From contig JANLSU010000120.1 of NCBI GenBank assembly GCA_031362565.1, positions 1 to 64,000 of the forward strand: DNA of 64,000 nucleotides. The letters are read 5' to 3'. This document shows, one piece after another, positions 49,584-59,317 of this stretch (the first letter of the stretch is position 1; every line of letters begins with the position of its first letter). This DNA comes from a bacterium (GTDB lineage Bacteria > Krumholzibacteriota > Krumholzibacteriia > G020349025). The position numbers and the translations under genes were made by a program. Under the pieces are notes generated by a model, which saw nothing but the letters and a program-made list of their open reading frames with translations, searched no databases and was not told where the DNA came from.

Positions 49584-50579
49584 TCACGCCTGGCGCAGGT
49601 GGGCCCGGAATTTGTCGCGCAGGATCTCGGCGCCGACTTGCCACTTGTGCTCCTGAATTTGCGCCTTGCCGGTGCAAATGAGCCAGCACTTGTCGCAGTG
49701 CGCCGCCACTTCGCGCGCCATGTCGGCCTCGTGCGAGGCCCACAGTTCGTCCCACGGCGTCTCGAGCAAATTGCCGATCTTCACGCTCAGGATGTGGCAC
49801 AAGAAGATGTTGGCGTGCGAATCCATGTAGAAGAACCCCGAGCCGCCGTCACACGCGAACGGCCGCTTGTTCGACTCGTGGTATTCGAGCATGGTGCGGT
49901 TGAACCAACCGCGAAAGTTCTCCTTGAGATCCCACTTGCGGAGCTGTGCATTGATGACGTGCGAGAACGCCTGGCGCACCGCGTGCGAACTCTGCGGCCG
50001 CATCGATTCCTTGCCGGCCCCGAAGTAGATCGCCGAATCGGTGGCGATGGTGATCGACAACTGCAGGCCGCGCTCTTCGGCGAAACGATGCACGCCTTCC
50101 AACTCGTGAACGTTCTGCTCGAGGAGCGTGAAGCCGATTCCCAAGTCGTCGATGCCGGCGGCGCGGCAGATCTCGAGCGTCTGCACGCATTTCTTGAAGC
50201 CGCCCGGAATACCGCGCACCTTGTCGTGCGTGCCGTCCAGACCGTCGATCGAAACCCGGAGCGCCACCTTGGGGTCGACCGCCAGGATCGCCGGCAGGAA
50301 TTCCTTGGTGCGCGCCGGCTGAAAGCCATTCGTCGAAATGACCAGGCGGGCGCCCGGATTCGTGCTCTTGATGGCCGCCAGGATGTCCGGCAAGTCCTTG
50401 CGCAGGAAGGGCTCGCCGCCGCTGATGTTGACGTCGCGCAGGCTCGTGGGCAGGCGCGCAAAGAGCTCCGGCCCGGCCTCGCCGTGCATATCGTTCTGCC
50501 AAATATCGCACATCGTACACCGGGCGTTGCAGTTGAGCGTCACGGCGATGATGGCGTTGTGCGGCTGCGGGATGGACAT
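49584..50579 (-). CDS. Radical SAM protein with SPASM/Twitch-like C-terminus
   Basis: CNARCTMC, SGGEPFLR, STNG, VSIDG, CDGG...C...CDKCWLIC. Confidence 0.9.
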   Translation of the reverse strand: MSIPQPHNAIIAVTLNCNARCTMCDIWQNDMHGEAGPELFARLPTSLRDVNISGGEPFLRKDLPDILAAIKSTNPGARLVISTNGFQPARTKEFLPAILAVDPKVALRVSIDGLDGTHDKVRGIPGGFKKCVQTLEICRAAGIDDLGIGFTLLEQNVHELEGVHRFAEERGLQLSITIATDSAIYFGAGKESMRPQSSHAVRQAFSHVINAQLRKWDLKENFRGWFNRTMLEYHESNKRPFACDGGSGFFYMDSHANIFLCHILSVKIGNLLETPWDELWASHEADMAREVAAHCDKCWLICTGKAQIQEHKWQVGAEILRDKFRAHLRQA

Positions 50580-50649
50580 TGCGCCCTTCGGGCTCCTTGG
50601 ACGGCCGGCACGGGGGGGGCCGGCGCACCCTTCAATAGTAACACTTTCG

Positions 50650-50679
50650 TTGAACCGGTGTTTCGGGACCGGTTACAAT
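50650..50679 (+). promoter_or_regulatory. Promoter with internal inverted repeat between divergent radical SAM and CHRD genes
   Basis: TTGAAC-N18-TACAAT with AACCGGT-N8-ACCGGTT. Confidence 0.55.
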
Positions 50680-50776
50680 CGTTGAAACGACGCGATGTTA
50701 AGGACCAAACGTCCACCGGCATGGCGTCGTTCGGCTCGTGAGGTTCTTGAAGTTGTTCGTACGAAAGGCAGTACCC

Positions 50777-51262
50777 ATGCGCATTGCGCTTCGAATCGCC
50801 GGCGTCGCGGCAGTCCTGGCCCTCTCGGCCTCCGCCGCCTTCGCCGAGGTCATCCCGTTCCTGGCCACCCTGTCGGGGGCGGACGAGACCCCCGCCAACG
50901 CGTCGACGGGCGGCGGGGTGGCCGTCTTCGCCATGGACACGGACGCCAATACGCTCACCTACGTCATCAATTACGCCAACCTGGGGGGAACCGAGTCGGC
51001 GGCTCACATTCACGGCTTCACAACGCCAGGCCTGAGCGCGAGCCCCGTCCACACCCTGCCGGCCACTGCAGGTTTCAAGACCGGGCAGTGGACCTATCCG
51101 CAAGGCAACGAAGCCCAGATCATCGCCGGGCTCACGTATGTCAACATTCACACGTCCTCGTTCCCGAACGGCGAGATTCGCGGCCAGATCCTGCGGACCG
51201 ACGTCGCCGTCGACCAGAAGACCTGGAGCGGAGTGAAGGGGCTGTACGGCGCCGGGCGCTGA
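50777..51262 (+). CDS. Secreted CHRD domain protein with C-terminal TW-K-LY tag
   Basis: LSGADETP, AAHIH, YVNIHTSSFPNGEIRGQI; ends VAVDQKTWSGVKGLYGAGR. Confidence 0.9.
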   Translation: MRIALRIAGVAAVLALSASAAFAEVIPFLATLSGADETPANASTGGGVAVFAMDTDANTLTYVINYANLGGTESAAHIHGFTTPGLSASPVHTLPATAGFKTGQWTYPQGNEAQIIAGLTYVNIHTSSFPNGEIRGQILRTDVAVDQKTWSGVKGLYGAGR

Positions 51263-51296
51263 TTCCTGCGTGATTTGACGCAGCGCTGCAACGACA

Positions 51297-51335
51297 ACGG
51301 GCTCCCGGCGGAAAACCGGGAGCCCGTCTTGCTTT
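51297..51335 (+). terminator. Intrinsic terminator between convergent genes
   Basis: 12-bp stem ACGGGCTCCCGG/CCGGGAGCCCGT, 7-nt loop, followed by CTTGCTTT. Confidence 0.8.
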
Positions 51336-51359
51336 CGGCTGGCTGATTGGCATCGCGCC

Positions 51360-52949
51360 TTAGTGCGAGAAGCCCTCCAGCTTGTAGTGATGGTCGAGCC
51401 GCCGCAACGCCAGCGCCATGGCGGCAACTCGCGCCGGCACCTTCTTGCCCAGCGTGTAGCCCTTCGAGTTGTGCGTCTTGGTGGCGCGCGGCCGGTCGTT
51501 GACGATGTCCAGAATGATGTTGTAGTTGGCCTTGATCGCCTCACGCAACCGCTCGTTCACCTGGGATTCCATCCAGTGATCGAGGGTGTTGTTCTGCAAC
51601 CACTCGTAGTAGCTGACGATCACGCCGCCGGCATTGGCGATGATGTCGGGGATGATCTCGACACCGCGCTCGAGAAGGACGCGCTCGCCCGCCTTGGTGC
51701 ACGGCCCGTTGGCGCCTTCGGCCACGACCTTGCAGTTCAAGATCTGCGCCGTGCTCTCGTCGAGGGTGCCACCCAAGCCGGCCGGCACGAACATGTAGGC
51801 GTTGATCTTGAAGAATTCTTCCTTCGAGATCTTCTGCGCCTTCGAATAGCCGTCGACGCTGCGCTTCACATTGGCGCCGCCGTAGACGTATTCATGCAAG
51901 TCTTCGGGATCGATGCCGTTCGGATTGTAGATCGTGCCGTCACGGTCATCGACTCCGACCAGCTTGGCGCCGTACGGCACCATGATGCGGGCCAGGTTCG
52001 AGCCCACGTTGCCGAAGCCCTGCAGCGTGAAGGTGACGTCTTTGTACGACACTTGTTCCGGCGCGATGAGCTTGTCGGGCGCCGGCGACTGCTTGTGGCG
52101 CAGGAATTCCTCGATGCAGAAGAAGAGCCCGCGCCCCGTGGCGGCTTCGCGGCCCTCGCTGCCCCAGATGCGCACGTCTTTCCCGGTCACGCAGCCGCGG
52201 AGCTTCGCCGGTTCCGATTCACCATCGGTGTACTGGCGGTAAAACGCGCCCATGATGACCGAGTCGGTGCCGACGTCCGGCGCCGGGATGTCGACGTTGG
52301 GCCCGACGAACGGCTTCAGCTTGTACATGAAGCGGAGCGAAATACGCTCCAGTTCCTCGGCCGAATAGTTGCGCGGATCGATCTTGATGCCGCCCTTGCC
52401 GCCGCCGAGCGGAATGTTACCGATCGCCGTCTTCCAGGTCATTTCGGCGGCCAGTGACTTGAATAAATCGAGCGACACTTGATGGTGATAGCGAATGCCG
52501 CCCTTGTAGGGACCGCGAATGTTGTTGTGCTGGACGCGATAGCACTTGAAGCCTTCGGGCTGGCGCTCTTGGATGCGATACAGGCTGCCCTGAAAACGCA
52601 GCACTCCATCGCGCACCGTCGCGGAGCTGCGCGCGAACATGCTCGGCCGGTACGAAATAACGGCGTTCGCCAGCACCCGGTAGTCCTTGCCGTTCAAATC
52701 ACTCTCGGGCAGGTCGGCAAAGTCCTTGCCGTACTGCGCAAGTTCCTGCTCGGTGAGCCGGACCAGGCGGTCTTTGATGTCGACAGTGATGTTGAAGATG
52801 AGTTCGTGATGCGGCTGACGGAGTTCCATGCGCACGCGCGGATCCATCTTCAGGAGATCAGCCGTCTCCTCGAACGACGCCATGGCATCTTCGTAGATGC
52901 CACTCTTGCCCGTGTCCGTGTCGGACGGCTCAGTTGCCAGCTTGCTCAT
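51360..52949 (-). CDS. gdhA: Glu/Leu/Phe/Val (glutamate) dehydrogenase with N-terminal insertion
   Basis: RVQHNNIRGPYKGGIRY, GGGKGG, DIPAPDVGT, QGFGNVG, EGANGP, ANAGGVIVSYYEW. Confidence 0.92.
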   Translation of the reverse strand: MSKLATEPSDTDTGKSGIYEDAMASFEETADLLKMDPRVRMELRQPHHELIFNITVDIKDRLVRLTEQELAQYGKDFADLPESDLNGKDYRVLANAVISYRPSMFARSSATVRDGVLRFQGSLYRIQERQPEGFKCYRVQHNNIRGPYKGGIRYHHQVSLDLFKSLAAEMTWKTAIGNIPLGGGKGGIKIDPRNYSAEELERISLRFMYKLKPFVGPNVDIPAPDVGTDSVIMGAFYRQYTDGESEPAKLRGCVTGKDVRIWGSEGREAATGRGLFFCIEEFLRHKQSPAPDKLIAPEQVSYKDVTFTLQGFGNVGSNLARIMVPYGAKLVGVDDRDGTIYNPNGIDPEDLHEYVYGGANVKRSVDGYSKAQKISKEEFFKINAYMFVPAGLGGTLDESTAQILNCKVVAEGANGPCTKAGERVLLERGVEIIPDIIANAGGVIVSYYEWLQNNTLDHWMESQVNERLREAIKANYNIILDIVNDRPRATKTHNSKGYTLGKKVPARVAAMALALRRLDHHYKLEGFSH

Positions 52950-53110
52950 GAAGGGAAAGCCTCCATCCGCCATGTTGATCGTAAACGCTCCCAGAGGCCT
53001 CCATTATAGGCAGGTGCCAACGGGCCAAGGAAGGGGCCCGCGGCCCAGGCCAGCCGCCATGGGTCCTGCGGGGGGCGCCCCCCCCGCCCGCGCCAGGGGC
53101 GGACCTTCCG

Positions 53111-53140
53111 TTGACGCTGTTGGGGGGCTCCTCCTACCAT
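53111..53140 (+). promoter_or_regulatory. Putative promoter of the TPR-glycosyltransferase operon
   Basis: TTGACG-N18-TACCAT. Confidence 0.5.
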
Positions 53141-53185
53141 GCGGCAAGGCCACCGGGGGTCCCGCGGCCGGGAGGGGTCTGGACG

Positions 53186-53791
53186 ATGGGCAAGCGGCAC
53201 ACACGGCGACGCTGGATTCTGGCCGCCGCCGCCATCGCGATCCTCGCCGGCTGTGCGAAGAAGGACTCCGGCGATGCGGCCCCCCAGGCCGGCCGGCCGG
53301 GTGCCGGAGCCGCGAGCGTCCCGACCGACGGCCACGCCGTGCCGCTCAAGCAAACGGGGCTCGGCAGTGCCAGTGAACTGCAGCGCGAACTGCGGAAGCT
53401 TTCCAACGCCACTGCGGCAGCGACGTTCGAGACCGCCTTCCGTCAAACGTTCACGACCGATAAGTCGCAGCGCGACTACGCAACGGCGCGCATTGCGTTG
53501 GCGGATTTCATCATGGCGAATCCCACCTTCGCGCCCGCCTATCGCACCCTGGCGTATGCGGAGTTCAACCTCAACCCGGCCGATCCCGCGGCGTCGCTGG
53601 CGGAATACGACAAAGCAGTGGCGCTCGAGCCGGAATACGGCGAGGCACACTACGCAATCGCCTTCATGTGCGCCGCGACCGGCGAGCGCGAGAAAGGCGC
53701 CGCGCACTTTCGCAAGGCGATGCAGCTCGGCGTCCCGGATGAGCGCAACATCGGCGCCAATTTCTACGCAGACGTGATCCAAACGCACTGA
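53186..53791 (+). CDS. TPR lipoprotein
   Basis: Lipobox ILAGC; TPR motifs (YDKAVALEPEYGEAHY). Confidence 0.85.
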   Translation: MGKRHTRRRWILAAAAIAILAGCAKKDSGDAAPQAGRPGAGAASVPTDGHAVPLKQTGLGSASELQRELRKLSNATAAATFETAFRQTFTTDKSQRDYATARIALADFIMANPTFAPAYRTLAYAEFNLNPADPAASLAEYDKAVALEPEYGEAHYAIAFMCAATGEREKGAAHFRKAMQLGVPDERNIGANFYADVIQTH

Positions 53792-53816
53792 AGCGGATCG
53801 AGCGGCGGGATCGAAC

Positions 53817-55337
53817 ATGCACATCGTCGCCCCGATCCTGAAGTGGACCTACTTCGGCGTTTGCTTGGGACTGACGCTCTTCGGCCTGTACCGGCTGGCG
53901 ATCTTGGCGGCGTGGTGGCGCGCCGCGCGCCGGCCGAAGCTGCCGCCGCCCGCCGATCCGGCCGTTTGGCCACGCGTCACCGTGCAGTTGCCGCTCTTCA
54001 ACGAGCGCTGGGTGGCGCGCCGGCTGCTGGAAGCCGTCGCCGCACTCGACTACCCGCCGGATCGCTTGCAGATTCAAGTTCTCGACGATTCCACCGACCG
54101 CACCACGGTGCTGACGCGGCGCGGCGCCGCCGTGCTTCGCCGCCGGGGCGTCGACATCGAAGTCGTGCGGCGCACCGGGCGCGCCGGCTACAAGGCGGGC
54201 GCCCTCGCCCACGGATTGCACACTGCGACCGGCGAGTTGATTGCCATCTTCGATGCCGACTTCGTGCCGCGCCGCGACTTCTTGCGCCAGGTCGTGCCGA
54301 GCCTGCTTTTGCCCGGCGTCGGCGTCGTGCAGGCCCGTTGGGGGCACCTGAATCGCAACGCGACGTGGTTTACACGCTTGCAGTCCATCTTGCTGGATGG
54401 ACATTTCGCCATCGAGCAACCGGCGCGTGACGGCAATGGACTCTTGCTGACGTTCAACGGTACGGCCGGAGTGTGGCGGCGCGCCGCAATCGACGCCGCC
54501 GGTGGCTGGACGAGCGATACGTTGACCGAGGACCTCGATCTCAGTATTCGCGCCCAACTGGCGGGTTGGCGCATCGTGTACCGCGCCGATGTCGTCGTGC
54601 CGGCGGAATTGCCGGCGGATTCGAACAGTCTCCGCGCCCAGCAACGGCGCTGGACCAAGGGTGGCGTGCAAGTAGCGCGCAAGATGCTGCCGCGCATCGT
54701 GCGCTCGCCGTTGCCGTGGCGGGTGCGCTTGGCGGCGGTGTTCCACTTGGGAAGCTATGCCGGGTATCCGCTGCTCATCGGGCTCGCGCTGTTGCGAACG
54801 CCGGCGTGTCTCGCGACGCACGAACGCGGCTGGCTCGGCTTGCTGCCGGGCGAGTTGCCGCTCTTTGCGCTTGGGACGGCACCGCTCGCGGTCTTCTATT
54901 TTTTCGCGCAGCGTGCGGCCGGGGTGCGCTCGGCGCGCAAGTTCGTGTGGCGGGATTCGTTCGCGGCCATGGCACTCGGCGCGGGGCTCGCTCTCGGCAA
55001 CGCGCTCGCCGTCATGGAGGGCTTGTTTGGACGCGGCGTCGTGTTCGAACGCACACCGAAGCGCGGCTCGGGACGGGCTTTCGCGCCAACTTTGAATCGG
55101 CCGCGCTGGATGGCGACGTATCGCAGCCAGGGCACGCGCACCGCACTCCTCGAGCTGACGTTTCTCCTCTATCTCGTGCTTTGCAAATGTGTCGCCGCCA
55201 CACCGCGCCGCTGGGGCGAGTTGCCGTTTCTCTTCTTCTTCGCGTTCGGACTCTTGGCGATGTCGGTGCCGTCCTTGCGCCAAGCATGGGGTGAGAGCCG
55301 GCGGCCGCTCACGCCGCGCGCCGGCCCTCGCCTGTGA
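53817..55337 (+). CDS. Cellulose-synthase-like processive GT2
   Basis: VQLPLFNE, YKAGAL, FDADF, TEDLD, QQRRW. Confidence 0.92.
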   Translation: MHIVAPILKWTYFGVCLGLTLFGLYRLAILAAWWRAARRPKLPPPADPAVWPRVTVQLPLFNERWVARRLLEAVAALDYPPDRLQIQVLDDSTDRTTVLTRRGAAVLRRRGVDIEVVRRTGRAGYKAGALAHGLHTATGELIAIFDADFVPRRDFLRQVVPSLLLPGVGVVQARWGHLNRNATWFTRLQSILLDGHFAIEQPARDGNGLLLTFNGTAGVWRRAAIDAAGGWTSDTLTEDLDLSIRAQLAGWRIVYRADVVVPAELPADSNSLRAQQRRWTKGGVQVARKMLPRIVRSPLPWRVRLAAVFHLGSYAGYPLLIGLALLRTPACLATHERGWLGLLPGELPLFALGTAPLAVFYFFAQRAAGVRSARKFVWRDSFAAMALGAGLALGNALAVMEGLFGRGVVFERTPKRGSGRAFAPTLNRPRWMATYRSQGTRTALLELTFLLYLVLCKCVAATPRRWGELPFLFFFAFGLLAMSVPSLRQAWGESRRPLTPRAGPRL

Positions 55338-57382
55338 TCTGGGCGGCTCTCGCCGGACTCGCCTATACGGTGTTGGCGAGTCTGGCCTGGCGCGCCGGCC
55401 CGTGGCCGGAACACCTGGGCACCTTCTGGGTCGTTTCGGCAGTCGCCTGGGTCGCAATGTGGCGCGCATCGCGCGCCGCACTCTCTGCCCGCACCGTGAT
55501 CGCCGGCGCGGTGTTGTTCCGGTTGCTTCTCGTACCGACAGCGCCTTCGCTCTCCGACGACATTTATCGCTACGTGTGGGAAGGCCACTTGCAACGCGCC
55601 GGATTCGATCCGTATGTGCTGGCGCCCGACAACCCGGCGCTGGCACCGCTCCGTGACGCGACCTGGGCGTTGGTCAATCACCGTGAATACACCGCCATCT
55701 ACCCACCATTCACACAGCTCGTATTCCGCGGCCTCTCCATGCTGGGCGGAGTGGCCGTGTTCAAGGCCGCGTTTGCAATGCTCGATGTGCTGACGGTCTG
55801 GCTCTTGATTGTGGGGCTGCGCCGGCGCCGCATGCCGGTGGCACGCGCCGTGTTGTATGCCTGGAATCCGCTCGCCCTCATCGAGATCGCCGGCAGCGGA
55901 CATTTGGAGCCGTTGGGATTGTTGCCGCTCGTCGCCGCAGTGGTTTTCGTCGGCGAGCGGCGCGCCCGCGGCTGGGCAGCGTTGGCATTGAGCATCGGTG
56001 CGAAGTATGCCGCTGCAGCGGCGCTGCCGGCGTTTCTCGTTCGCGCCCGGCCCGGACCGCGTGCGGCGCTGACGGCGCTCGTGGTGCTGGCCGCGGGCTA
56101 TGTGGCGTTCCTGGGCGCCGGGCCGCATCTTTTCGACTCGCTCCGGGCGTATGCCGTGCACTGGCGCTTCAATGACTTGGCATTTGTTTGGCTGCGTGAA
56201 CACATCGAGGATCCGTTGCGGGCCCGGCGCGTGGCAGCAGCGCTCGTCGTCGTGTTCAGTTGCGGCGCGGCATGGCGCTGCCGCACGGTCGAAGCCGGCG
56301 CGCTGGCCGCGTTCCTGATTGCGCTGGCACTCGCTCCAACCGTGCACCCGTGGTATGTGCTCTGGCCGCTCGTCCTTGTGCCGTTGGTCGCGAGCCGCGC
56401 CGCGCTCGTGTGGAGCGCCACGGTGTTGCTGGCGTATCATTTCTTTCATCCGGTGTTCGGGCGCCCGGCGGTGGCGGAGGACGATTGGGGCCTGCGGTGG
56501 ATCGAGATGACACCGGTCTTGGTGGCGTTGCTGTTTGATGTCGTGGCGGCGCGGCGCCGGCCTGTCGCAACCGCCGGTTCGACTGCGTACGCGCCGCAGC
56601 AGGCGACGACAACCGCGCGCCTTGCCGGTACGGCACGCATTGCGCTCGTCATGCCGGCCCTCGACGAAGAGCCGTCGTTGCCGCTCGTCCTTGCCGACCT
56701 CGAACCGCTGCGCCGCGACCATGACCGCGACCGCGCCGTGCCGACAGCGTTCCTGGACGAGATCGTGCTCGTCGACAACGGCTCGCGCGACCGCACGCCC
56801 GAGATCGCGCGCGACGCCGGGCTCACGGTGTTGCGCGAAGCGCAGCGCGGCTATGGTGCCGCCTGTTTGTGCGCCCTCGCGCACCTGCGGCAGAAGCCAC
56901 CGGCCGTCGTCCTCTTTATGGACGCCGACCGCAGCGACGATGCGAGCGAGATTCCGGATCTCTTGCGGCCGATCCTGGCCGGTGAGGCCGATCTGGTGAT
57001 CGGGTCCCGCACGCGCGGCGCGCACGAGCCCGGCGCATTGTTCCCGCAAGCGCGCTTCGGCAATTGGCTCGCAACCGGCTGGATTCGCGCCTGGTACGGG
57101 TTCCAGTACACGGACCTGGGGCCGTTCCGCGCCATTCGCTGGGAAGCGCTCGAACGGATCGGCATGCGCGACCGCGACTGGGGCTGGACGCTGGAAATGC
57201 AGGTCCGCGCCCTGCAGGAGGGCCTGCGCATCAGCGAAATCCCGGTGCGCTACCGGCGGCGCGTCGGCCAGTCGAAAATTTCGGGCACGATCCTCGGCTC
57301 GGCGCGCGCCGGGCGTAAGATCCTTTGGACTTTGTGGACGCTGCGGCGTCCCGTGCGGCAGGATTCAGGCCCGCGGCCTTAG
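55334..57382 (+). CDS. Fusion of membrane GT-C (GT87-like) and polyprenol-phosphate GT2
   Basis: LSDDIYRY.WEG, YPP, YAWNPL, HPWY in the N-terminal part; VDNGS.D.T, GYGAACL, DAD, TDLGPFRAIR in the C-terminal part. Confidence 0.85.
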   Translation: MIWAALAGLAYTVLASLAWRAGPWPEHLGTFWVVSAVAWVAMWRASRAALSARTVIAGAVLFRLLLVPTAPSLSDDIYRYVWEGHLQRAGFDPYVLAPDNPALAPLRDATWALVNHREYTAIYPPFTQLVFRGLSMLGGVAVFKAAFAMLDVLTVWLLIVGLRRRRMPVARAVLYAWNPLALIEIAGSGHLEPLGLLPLVAAVVFVGERRARGWAALALSIGAKYAAAAALPAFLVRARPGPRAALTALVVLAAGYVAFLGAGPHLFDSLRAYAVHWRFNDLAFVWLREHIEDPLRARRVAAALVVVFSCGAAWRCRTVEAGALAAFLIALALAPTVHPWYVLWPLVLVPLVASRAALVWSATVLLAYHFFHPVFGRPAVAEDDWGLRWIEMTPVLVALLFDVVAARRRPVATAGSTAYAPQQATTTARLAGTARIALVMPALDEEPSLPLVLADLEPLRRDHDRDRAVPTAFLDEIVLVDNGSRDRTPEIARDAGLTVLREAQRGYGAACLCALAHLRQKPPAVVLFMDADRSDDASEIPDLLRPILAGEADLVIGSRTRGAHEPGALFPQARFGNWLATGWIRAWYGFQYTDLGPFRAIRWEALERIGMRDRDWGWTLEMQVRALQEGLRISEIPVRYRRRVGQSKISGTILGSARAGRKILWTLWTLRRPVRQDSGPRP

Positions 57383-57423
57383 GGTTCGCAGGGCGCGTGG
57401 GTGGCGATTTGGGAGGTGCAACG

Positions 57424-58308
57424 ATGCGCGTGCAACCTTGGATACCGATGGTGATCGCTCTCGTGGCGAGGACGCTGTTGCCGCTGCCGGCGGCAGCGGA
57501 GCCCGCGACGTCCGCAGTGCACGTCGACTCACTGCCAGCGGAGGTTCTGCCGGTCGACTCCACCGCCGTTTTGCGCACCGAATCACACTTCGATCACGCC
57601 GCCTGGAGCCGCCTGCTCACGGCATACGTCGATGACCAGGGACGCGTCGCGTACAAGACGTGGGTCGAGAAGGATCAACCGGCACTGCGCGCCTACCTCG
57701 ATGCCGTCGGCGCCGCCCGGCCCAGCACGTGGCCGCGTGACGAGCAGATCGCGTTTTGGATCAACTCCTACAACGCCGGCATGGTGTGGGCCGTGATGCA
57801 CGGGCAGTCGGCCGAAACCCTCATCGGACGCGCCCGCCTCTTCAAGTCGTGGAAATTCCGCGCCGCCGGCGAGAATCGCACTCCGGACTCGATCGAGCAC
57901 ACCATTCTGCGTAAGCAATTCCAAGAAGCGCGGATTCACTTCGCGCTCGTCTGTGCGTCGGCGGGTTGCCCGCCGCTCCGTCGCAACGCCTACTCGGCCG
58001 ACAGCCTGGTCTTGCAACTCGACGATCAAGCCCGGCGCTTCATCAACGATCCAACGCGCAACGTCATCGACGCGGACGCGAAGAAACTCGAACTGTCGTC
58101 GATCTTCGATTGGTTCCGCACCGATTTCGAACACGCCGCCGGCAGCGTGCCGCGCTTCCTCGCGCGCTACGTGCACGACAGCGCCGCCCACGACTGGCTC
58201 CTGGCCGGCGCCATCCCGCTTACCTTCCGCGACTACAACTGGGCGCTCAACCAACAGCCCTTCCAGCGCCCGGAACACCGCAAACTCGGCGGCAAAGGCA
58301 CGCAGTGA
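57424..58308 (+). CDS. Secreted DUF547 domain protein
   Basis: AFWINSYNA, IEH.ILR, RIHFALVCASAGCP, LSSIFDWF..DF, YNWALN. Confidence 0.92.
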   Translation: MRVQPWIPMVIALVARTLLPLPAAAEPATSAVHVDSLPAEVLPVDSTAVLRTESHFDHAAWSRLLTAYVDDQGRVAYKTWVEKDQPALRAYLDAVGAARPSTWPRDEQIAFWINSYNAGMVWAVMHGQSAETLIGRARLFKSWKFRAAGENRTPDSIEHTILRKQFQEARIHFALVCASAGCPPLRRNAYSADSLVLQLDDQARRFINDPTRNVIDADAKKLELSSIFDWFRTDFEHAAGSVPRFLARYVHDSAAHDWLLAGAIPLTFRDYNWALNQQPFQRPEHRKLGGKGTQ

Positions 58309-59300
58309 GCGGTTTCGTGACCCTGATTGCTCACTTCTCAAGGGTCGCAGGGCATGACCATCGCTTGACAGCGGCACCTCGGGTCTCGGAAACTCGGGGG
58401 GCGCGATGCAACCTGCTGGATGCGGTTCGACCGCTGCCCTGGGGTCCGGAATCGAGGAGAGACTTGCGCCACCACCGCACGCCGGGGTTCCTGCCGGTCC
58501 GCGCCCGCCGTCACCAAAGCCTGCGGTGGACAAGCGCCATTTCCATCTTGATTGCTGCACTGGCGGTAACCCCCGGGCCGGCGCCTGCGGCGGATCTGCG
58601 CGTCGAGGGCACGCCCCGTGGCGCCCGCGTCATCGTGGACGGCAAGTTGGCGGGAACGCTGCCGCTCTCGCAGCCGATCACCGTGGATGCGGGCACCCAT
58701 CAACTGCGTCTCGAGTTGCCGGGATACCGTCCCGTCAAGACGCACTTCGAGGCGGCATCGATCGCATCGGTTTTTTCGCTGCGCTACGACCTGCGGCCCA
58801 TCGACCGCCGGCAAGAGTCCCTCGCGGCGCTCGCGATCGCCGGCAACGGCCAGCGCGCCATGGGACACCCCGTTTTCGGTATGACGTTGACCGTCATCGA
58901 AGCCAGCGGCATCGCGCTGGCAATCTCCGGTGAGGGAAAGTTCCAGCACGATCGCGATCGCTTCAATGAAGCGAAAGCCGAGTATGCGGCCGCTCTATCC
59001 CCGGCGGCCATCAACGCCGCGCGCACCAAGACCAACGACGCCTACGACGCCATGGGGACTTCAGAAACACTGCGCAACGTCGGGATCGGAATTGCCGCCG
59101 CGGCAGTGGCGGTTGGATTTGCCGATTTCTGGTTGCGGACCCCGCCGGGCGCCAAGACCGATCCGAACGCTCCCTCTGAAACCGGAGCGCTCGACATGCC
59201 GCTGCCGATCGCGTTGGCGCGGGCGGCGCGGCACTTTCGTCCGGATGTCTCGATCGCACCTGCGGCGGCGTTCGGCGGTTCTTTCTGGTGCAGCTTCTGA
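58305..59300 (+). CDS. PEGA domain protein with hydrophobic C-terminal region
   Basis: P.GARVIVDGKLAGTLP...GTHQLRLELPGY; start uncertain, signal-like stretch near 58520. Confidence 0.75.
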   Translation: MSGFVTLIAHFSRVAGHDHRLTAAPRVSETRGARCNLLDAVRPLPWGPESRRDLRHHRTPGFLPVRARRHQSLRWTSAISILIAALAVTPGPAPAADLRVEGTPRGARVIVDGKLAGTLPLSQPITVDAGTHQLRLELPGYRPVKTHFEAASIASVFSLRYDLRPIDRRQESLAALAIAGNGQRAMGHPVFGMTLTVIEASGIALAISGEGKFQHDRDRFNEAKAEYAAALSPAAINAARTKTNDAYDAMGTSETLRNVGIGIAAAAVAVGFADFWLRTPPGAKTDPNAPSETGALDMPLPIALARAARHFRPDVSIAPAAAFGGSFWCSF

Positions 59301-59317
59301 GGCCAAGGAGGGGTTCG

